A stretch of DNA of 64,000 nt from Desulfomonilia bacterium (GTDB taxonomy: Bacteria; Desulfobacterota; Desulfomonilia; UBA1062). Both the position numbers and the translations under genes were made by a program. Under the pieces are notes generated by a model. The model was not told the origin of the DNA. It saw nothing but the letters and a program-made list of their open reading frames with translations, and did not search any database. The DNA lies in NCBI GenBank assembly GCA_050014195.1, contig JBEKDT010000002.1:224001-288000 (forward strand), in the 5' to 3' direction. Of the stretch, positions 57,619 to 64,000 are shown piece by piece (position 1 is the first letter of the stretch; each line of letters starts with the position of its first letter).

Positions 57619-59208
57619 ATGAATACACAGAATGATAAGCAATCCCAAACAGATGCTCAAAATAAATCACGAGAGTTATTTTATGTAGCTATTTATTTAT
57701 TTATCTTAAGCTTTGCTATTCGATTCCCTTTCTTCTTTGATATTGTTATTAATTGGGATGAGAGCACATTTATATTAATGGGACAATCCATCCTGGATGG
57801 ACACCTGCCCTATACAGAGTTGTGGGATATAAAGCCACCATTAGCAATCTTGTTCTTCGCAGGTGCTATTGCCCTACTGGGTAAAAGCATTGTTTCAGTA
57901 CGAATTGCTGGCACACTCTGTGTTGCATTAACTGCTTTTTTTACTTATCTAACAGGCAAGACTCTCTGGAATCGTCGCACAGGCATTTTAAGCGCAACGT
58001 TGTTTATAGTACTTGCCAGTAGTATCAATTTAGGGCAAGCAGTCATGACGGAACATGTAGCATTAGTGCCCCTGGTTGGCGCACTTGCTCTTTTCGTAAT
58101 GCGAGAACAAACACCACGTACAGTTTTTTTCATTGGTATATTGATAGCAATAGCATCCTTTGTTCGTATCAATCTTGCTTTTGTTGCAGTTTTCGCTGGT
58201 ATTATTATAGTTATTGCGGCGTTGACTGCCCGACCTCGTCAGTTCAGCTACTTCAACTCACTCAAGTCAGGACTTGCATATATAGCTGGTGGTAGCCTCA
58301 TCGTTCTGCTTGTTTTCCTACCTTATGTAATCACTGGGAATGAGAGACTCTGGTGGTCATCAGTTGTTTTAGCTCCATTAAGTTTTGCAAATTCCCAGCT
58401 TTCTTTTTTGGAAGCGTTAAATAAACAGTTGGAGATGTTTTGGGGGTTTTTCCTTAATATCAAAGGATCTCTTTTTGGAATAAGCGTGATAGTATGGCTG
58501 TGTGGATTTGCGGGTCTTTTCTTTGGCATTACACAGTTGCGAAATATGTCAAAAGATAAAAGATTCGGTTTTCTATTTCTAATCGCTTTTCTTTTATCAA
58601 TAGAGTTATCAATTTTAAAAGGTGGGGGTGGTGGACTACCCTTTACTCATTACCTTATACAACTAGTTCCCTTTATGTCTTTAACTGCATCTTCTATTTT
58701 ATGTTCTACCAAATCTTTCAATGCTCGCTTGATAATAATGGGCATGGTTTTATTGGCATTAATAACATCTATGCCCCCGATTATTACAGAATACGAGATA
58801 ATAATTTCACGTGTTTTAGATGGCCTTCCGATAAATCATGGCACTGCATATGCGGTTGCGGATTATATTAGGCAGCATAATGTTAATCGTAAACCGGTTT
58901 ACATGATGGATGACCACATTGTTTATTGGCTTCTTGATTTAAAGCCATTGAGTAAGTCCACCACGCATCCTTCAAATATTTCGAGGGAATATCTTCTTAA
59001 GGTACTCGTCGGTCCTGGGACTACCACTGAGATGGAATTAGCTAAAATATTCGATAAGAAGCCTCTATTCATTGTGTTTGACAATTGGAGTATGGCTTAC
59101 ATAAGTCAAAGTAAGGAAGCAAGGAACTTTTTCATCTACAAACTGACAACACTATATGATCCTATCATGAGTATAGATGATGAGCATATATGTCGATTAA
59201 AAGAATAA
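57619..59208 (+). CDS. GT-C (ArnT/PMT-like) membrane glycosyltransferase
   Basis: WDE motif after TM1, PYTELWDIKPP, and many TM segments. Confidence 0.85.
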   Translation: MNTQNDKQSQTDAQNKSRELFYVAIYLFILSFAIRFPFFFDIVINWDESTFILMGQSILDGHLPYTELWDIKPPLAILFFAGAIALLGKSIVSVRIAGTLCVALTAFFTYLTGKTLWNRRTGILSATLFIVLASSINLGQAVMTEHVALVPLVGALALFVMREQTPRTVFFIGILIAIASFVRINLAFVAVFAGIIIVIAALTARPRQFSYFNSLKSGLAYIAGGSLIVLLVFLPYVITGNERLWWSSVVLAPLSFANSQLSFLEALNKQLEMFWGFFLNIKGSLFGISVIVWLCGFAGLFFGITQLRNMSKDKRFGFLFLIAFLLSIELSILKGGGGGLPFTHYLIQLVPFMSLTASSILCSTKSFNARLIIMGMVLLALITSMPPIITEYEIIISRVLDGLPINHGTAYAVADYIRQHNVNRKPVYMMDDHIVYWLLDLKPLSKSTTHPSNISREYLLKVLVGPGTTTEMELAKIFDKKPLFIVFDNWSMAYISQSKEARNFFIYKLTTLYDPIMSIDDEHICRLKE

Positions 59209-59390
59209 TCCTGGAAATAGATACTTGGCACCATATTCTGCTAAAGAGAACTCATATACCTTCTTCTGTATCATCGCTTATGAACTTTGATAACCGAAGA
59301 TTCCGTGCCAGGAGCAAGGGTTTGGCCTAATTGAATATATCTTTTGATAATCATCACCAACATGCAATCAGATACGAGTCAATAGATCTA

Positions 59391-59627
59391 TAAGATATTG
59401 AAGCATCAGTAAAACCATGGATATCTTCGATAGATCTCATCCAACTCTATTTCATTTGAGAAGAATATCTTGGAACGAAATCTATAAGCTTCTATTCGAA
59501 GAATGTTTGACTATCAGCCTTTAAGGTCCCTTTGCAATCCTTCCATCACATCACCGGGGAGCCACTAATCTCAATTTCAAGCAGTAACATAATCTTACAT
59601 CCCTTCACTTCGGGGCACAGTACGCTG
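59391..59627 (+). repeat. ~237-bp direct repeat, copy 1
   Basis: Aligns with 62781-63015; first ~88 bp identical, the rest diverged. Confidence 0.9.
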
Positions 59628-59651
59628 TCAAGATCATTGTCGAGACGCACT

Positions 59652-59966
59652 TCAATGTGATCTCGAGCCACCAGAACGCGACTGCGACGGAATAGACGGC
59701 ATCGAGTGGGAAGCAGGCGCTGATCTGTAAGTGTGCGCAGATGCGTGGCCACTTCCACTGGTTGGACGATTGTCACCGCGGCGAACCGGCGCCACGTGGT
59801 AGTCATGTCCCCAACCACCGTAATCGCCACCGTAGGGTTCATAGTAAGCCGCTCCAAAGCCCCCGCCGTCGTCGTATCCGTATCCGCCAACAGTTAAGGC
59901 GCAGCCGGACAACAGGACTCCAACCACGAAGACAAGCACTGACCAGCGTAAGAATAAGGTATTCAT
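59652..59966 (-). CDS. Small Gly/Tyr-rich lipoprotein
   Basis: Lipobox LLSGC; 4-bp overlap with the VOC gene. Confidence 0.7.
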   Translation of the reverse strand: MNTLFLRWSVLVFVVGVLLSGCALTVGGYGYDDGGGFGAAYYEPYGGDYGGWGHDYHVAPVRRGDNRPTSGSGHASAHTYRSAPASHSMPSIPSQSRSGGSRSH

Positions 59967-60898
59967 TTGGACACCTCTTTACTCTCAGTGTCCGGCCATT
60001 CAAGCAATCCGAAGGGTGCCCCCAAAGGGTCGGCGACCACCGCGACCTTGCCGCCGTGGCGATCAATCCGAGGCTCAACCAGCACGCGCCCACCGAGCGC
60101 CACGACCTTTGCAGTCATCTTGACCGTATCTTCGACGCGTACGTAATTGAGCCAGTGAGGATGGGCATTGGGCCTATTCGCAGGCAGTGTATTCGCGCTC
60201 GCACGAGCATAGTTGTCGGACGCGAGCAAGAGATGTTGCACACCCTCGCTAGCGGGCAACTCGAAGACTTCGTAGTCGAATAGCTTCTGGTAGAAAGCAG
60301 CATCGGTGTCCGGATCGCTCGTGATTAGCGAGCTCCAAATCCATTCTCCGGGTGCGGCCAGAACATCGGCCGGATCGCCGCTAGTGGAAGCTAGGACGGC
60401 AAAAACGGCTCCCTGTGGATCTGCGAAGACTGCTTCCCGGCCGCGGTCAGGGATGCTATGCGGCTCGAACAGCACCTTCGCGCCATTTTGCAAAGCAACT
60501 TTTTTTGCCGCGTCGACATCGCCCACGGCGAAGAAGCTCAGCCACGCCGGCTGTCGATGCTCGCCAGCCTGTACATTCTTGTGAAACAGTCCTGCGACCG
60601 GACGACCGTCGAGAAATGCCTCGGCATACTCTGTCCTACCGGCCTGAATGTCGCGAAATGTCCAGCCGAAAAGTCCCGCATAGAACTGTTTGGCGGCGGC
60701 GAGGTCCGGCGTCACCAATTCAACAAATATAAGTTTGCCGATGTGATGCTCTTGGCTTGCGGGCTCAACAATCGCCGGCAACCGGATCGGTGCGGCCATG
60801 ACCGGCACAGCACACGCAACACCGAGAAGTACGGCGAGCAACCCTTTTGTCTGTAAATTAGATAACGCACTCTTTACCCGGATGATCCTCATTTTCAT
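59963..60898 (-). CDS. VOC (glyoxalase/bleomycin-resistance) family protein, two domains, with signal peptide
   Basis: AAKQFYAGLFGW, DPQGAVF and DPLGAPFGL; GC-richer than flanks. Confidence 0.9.
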   Translation of the reverse strand: MKMRIIRVKSALSNLQTKGLLAVLLGVACAVPVMAAPIRLPAIVEPASQEHHIGKLIFVELVTPDLAAAKQFYAGLFGWTFRDIQAGRTEYAEAFLDGRPVAGLFHKNVQAGEHRQPAWLSFFAVGDVDAAKKVALQNGAKVLFEPHSIPDRGREAVFADPQGAVFAVLASTSGDPADVLAAPGEWIWSSLITSDPDTDAAFYQKLFDYEVFELPASEGVQHLLLASDNYARASANTLPANRPNAHPHWLNYVRVEDTVKMTAKVVALGGRVLVEPRIDRHGGKVAVVADPLGAPFGLLEWPDTESKEVSK

Positions 60899-61374
60899 TC
60901 TCCTAAAACAGTAAAATAGATCCCTTTGCCTATAAGACAGATTATAATAAAGTTCATGACAACTTTTTCAAGGGGAGTATAGAGACATAACCAGATCATT
61001 ATACGAGCCTAAACAATTTTGGTCTTTCAAAAGACTATAAATCTCGAGGTATTTCTGATCGATCAAAACCGAAGATAATGTGCCACACTCGTCAGTCTGG
61101 GCATAGCACCTTCACAACAGAGCTTATACCTCAAGATATTCACGTTGTAGGTAATAAATAATCGCACTCAAGGATTCTTCTTACATTGGTGATCCCATGA
61201 ATGGTCGATCATGATGAAGTATACATGAAAGCGTAAAATTTGTTCCAACAGATCTGCTCTGACCCTATGTGATCAGCTTCATTGATCTTGAATACAGATC
61301 ACTCATCAATCTGACAGGGGGTATCTGCAGCTCCCCTATTAGATTTTACTAAAAAAGACTATTAAAGCTTGATG

Positions 61375-61557
61375 TTAGGCCATTGATGCAAGAATCCAAG
61401 CCTGTATAGAATTTTTCGACTCTGACCTCACGTCCTTAATCGTAAGGCCCGACGCGGTAACTGTCTTCCTGATGTCCTTAATGCACTGAGTTAGTAGTTT
61501 GAAGATCCTCTTCTGAGTTCGCTCTATATTAGACTGTTTCTCACCAATACGTTCCAT
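61375..61557 (-). CDS. Small hypothetical protein
   Basis: ATG 61557 with GAGGGA SD; no recognisable motif. Confidence 0.3.
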   Translation of the reverse strand: MERIGEKQSNIERTQKRIFKLLTQCIKDIRKTVTASGLTIKDVRSESKNSIQAWILASMA

Positions 61558-61814
61558 GATTCCCTCTCTTTCTCCTATAGGCATGATACCCCTCTCAAGA
61601 CGCAATACAACACAATTCGACATGGGCTTGGTGAAACAAGTGTGAAAGGACAAGGTTCATAAGACAGAAGAGCATTAAACTGTCTTAGATCATCTAAGCA
61701 TATATTAATCGTTTGCTGCATAGATCTTATTTGAAGGCCTTCCTTAATCAGATCCTGAGAATTAATCCAGTAATATTTATTATTATAATATAATGTAATG
61801 CCGAATAGCTTCAT

Positions 61815-62783
61815 ATGGAATTATTTCGGCCAATCCCCATTGATGTCATACAGATCAACGAGAAGTCCGTAGTGGACCTTTTTATAAGGCAAGATGACAG
61901 GCTAGTGCCCTTGCTTGAGAAGGGAGGTGTTTTCACCAGGGAGCACCTTATAAATCTTAATCGCTACGGTGCCAGAAAAATATTCATACGGGGCAAAGAA
62001 AATATTGCCTTTGCAGAATATGTCAGTTCTTACTCAGACAGGATTCTCACTGACCCGACTGTTCCCTCCAAAGTCAAGGCTGCAACCTTCTATGTCTCTT
62101 CCGTCCATGCCCTCAAGAAAGCATTTGATGATCCGAATGAGGAACGGATCAAGGAGATAAAGAAAACACTTAAGCCCATGCTTCAGAACATCATGAAAAA
62201 CCAAGTCCTGTTGAGTGACCTTTTCTCCATCACGGAGTATGATTTCAACACATATACTCATAGCGTCAATGTTGGAATCTTCGCTACCTCGCTTGCCATA
62301 ACTTATTACAAGGGTGGCAGCACAGTCAGAATGGAGGAACTTGAACGTCTGAGCTATGGATATTTCCTCCATGATATCGGTAAATCCAAAATACCCCTTA
62401 GCATACTCAAGAAGAAGGGAAAACTGAGCCAAGATGAATGGGTCATAATGAAGAAACACCCCGAATGGGGTTATACCATCCTCATGGAGACTGGTCACCT
62501 CACAGAAGAGGCTGCTTACATTTCTATGCAACATCATGAGCGGCCGGACGGCTCGGGGTATCCCTCAGGAATGACGGATATCCACCCCTGCGCTCGAATC
62601 TGTACAATTGCAGACATATTCGAAGCATTAACATCTGTTCGTCCCTATAAGACCGCTATGAGGCCATTCGATGCTCTAAAGATTATCAAGAATGAGGCTT
62701 TAACTGAATTTGACCAAAGCCTGCTGAAAACCTTGATCAGATTGTTAGGGCCACAAGCTGAACACGTACAAATATCTCATTAA
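61815..62783 (+). CDS. HD-GYP cyclic-di-GMP phosphodiesterase
   Basis: THSVNV, LHDIGK, HHERPDGSGYP, ADIFEAL and RPYK motifs. Confidence 0.93.
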   Translation: MELFRPIPIDVIQINEKSVVDLFIRQDDRLVPLLEKGGVFTREHLINLNRYGARKIFIRGKENIAFAEYVSSYSDRILTDPTVPSKVKAATFYVSSVHALKKAFDDPNEERIKEIKKTLKPMLQNIMKNQVLLSDLFSITEYDFNTYTHSVNVGIFATSLAITYYKGGSTVRMEELERLSYGYFLHDIGKSKIPLSILKKKGKLSQDEWVIMKKHPEWGYTILMETGHLTEEAAYISMQHHERPDGSGYPSGMTDIHPCARICTIADIFEALTSVRPYKTAMRPFDALKIIKNEALTEFDQSLLKTLIRLLGPQAEHVQISH

Positions 62784-63015
62784 GATATTGAAGCATCAGT
62801 AAAACCATGGATATCTTCGATAGATCTCATCCAACTCTATTTCATTTGAGAAGAATATCTTGGAACGATCTATAAGGCTCTACTCAAAGAATGTTTGACT
62901 ATCAGCCTTATGGGTCCCTTTGCAACCCTTCCATCACGCCACCAAGGAGCCACTTATCTCAATTTCAAGCAGTAACCTATCTTACATCCCGTCACTGCGG
63001 AGCACGGTGCGCTGT
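62781..63015 (+). repeat. ~235-bp direct repeat, copy 2
   Basis: Aligns with 59391-59627; begins at the HD-GYP TAA. Confidence 0.9.
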
Positions 63016-63022
63016 GGGAACC

Positions 63023-63493
63023 TTATTTATACATCCATTCCAGGGCCTTTACATAGATGTGGTAGCTCGCCTGTATCATGGATATGATCTCTTCCTTGGT
63101 AAAACGCTGTCCTTGGCCGATGCCGGGGCATCTCAGCCTGGCATCATCCCAGGCAACAATAGAACGCATGTTCTGGAACCAGAAGGGAAAGGTTACGCAC
63201 TGGATGGGTCTGACGGGATAGATGACACACCCGTTCTCATAAAATATACACCTCCCCTGTTCGGCCTCCCGTGCGGTGTAGCCGTCCTTGAATGGGTCGA
63301 GCATCCTTTCTGTCAGCACCTCTACCGTTATATCGAGAAATGAGGCTATCCCAGCGGCCTCATCCTGATCCATATAGACGATACCAGGCTCACCGGTACA
63401 GCATGTACCGCACCGGGTACATTGGAACTTGAGCCCTTTGTCGAAGAAGTATTTCCTGTGCTTGAGTGATTCAACAAATCCGTGTTTACTCAT
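63023..63493 (-). CDS. YkgJ-family cysteine cluster protein
   Basis: FQCTRCGTCC, CIF...CVIYPVRPIQCVTFPFW and CPG motifs. Confidence 0.92.
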   Translation of the reverse strand: MSKHGFVESLKHRKYFFDKGLKFQCTRCGTCCTGEPGIVYMDQDEAAGIASFLDITVEVLTERMLDPFKDGYTAREAEQGRCIFYENGCVIYPVRPIQCVTFPFWFQNMRSIVAWDDARLRCPGIGQGQRFTKEEIISMIQASYHIYVKALEWMYK

Positions 63494-63685
63494 TGTGATG
63501 TCCTATCTTATTTTCTTGAATTGACAACCTTATGATATTACTACACCATTCTCAGTTTGGCTCATACTATTTCATGTCTGGGATATATAGTACACCGATG
63601 AATAAAATACCAAAAAAAATACTTGCCATTTCAGAATAATTCCTATACCAACCAAGCAGGATACCAGGAAAGGAGAGGTGCTACA

Positions 63686-63859
63686 ATGGCTTACGTAATT
63701 ACAGATGAATGCATCGCCTGCGGTACTTGCATCGATGAATGTCCGGTTGAAGCTATCAGTGAGGGTGATGACAAGTATTCCATCGATCCGGAATTGTGCA
63801 CCGATTGCGGTGCTTGTGCGGACGCCTGCCCCACAGACGCCATAGAGCCTGGGGAATAA
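63686..63859 (+). CDS. 2[4Fe-4S] ferredoxin
   Basis: CIACGTCIDECP and CTDCGACADACP; AGGAGAGG SD. Confidence 0.96.
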   Translation: MAYVITDECIACGTCIDECPVEAISEGDDKYSIDPELCTDCGACADACPTDAIEPGE

Positions 63860-63873
63860 GGATACTTCATCAC

Positions 63874-63903
63874 AAGGCCCGGGGCTCGTGCCTTCCGGGC
63901 CTT
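63874..63903 (+). terminator. Intrinsic terminator-like hairpin
   Basis: AAGGCCCGG...CCGGGCCTT stem after the ferredoxin gene. Confidence 0.6.
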
Positions 63904-64000
63904 ATCATTTCCATTCAGATCTTTTCTTAATCACCAACACATGAGCAAATCGTTCACTTTTTCTCTCTACTGCCCTTCATGAATATGACTTTTTATTAAG

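Noticed and set aside
59391-59627. tRNA, tmRNA or c-di-GMP riboswitch within the long repeat
   Set aside because: No cloverleaf, TTCGA-CCA end or GGCAAA...GAAA...GACGCAAA consensus seen; a covariance search is still needed.
38400-63015. Prophage or ICE
   Set aside because: No integrase, structural, relaxase or T4SS genes recognised.

Overview
This window looks like chromosomal DNA of an anaerobic deltaproteobacterium (Desulfobacterota/Syntrophaceae-like; inferred from gene content only). Bases 1-38.3 kb are mostly core and metabolic genes: AsmA, a FadR-GlpD-AGPS-like operon, dapF-guaA, glmM with a GlmU-like acetyltransferase, a GH13 amylase, an XRE-thiolase-DUF35-ACAD-CoA transferase cluster, rpsB-tsf-pyrH-frr and a GGDEF protein. 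Bases ~38.4-63.0 kb form a mosaic plasticity zone with no recognisable integrase. It holds (i) a metallophosphoesterase-STAND NTPase-TPR gene followed by an attC-like hairpin, with a matching core-site remnant upstream, i.e. a solitary integron-type cassette; (ii) a 2.6k-aa Sec-exported teneurin-like RHS/YD toxin with two orphan toxin-tip/immunity modules, the whole locus bracketed by a 247-bp direct repeat of the 3' end of a flavin reductase gene; (iii) a GT2/GT-C glycosylation pair, a VOC/lipoprotein pair and an HD-GYP gene, separated by ~60-bp and ~237-bp direct repeats and a recurring AACCGAAGAT/GTGCCA motif. Other notable items are a sigma54-type promoter driving three tiny membrane proteins and several pseudogene scars. 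All calls were made by eye; no searches were run.
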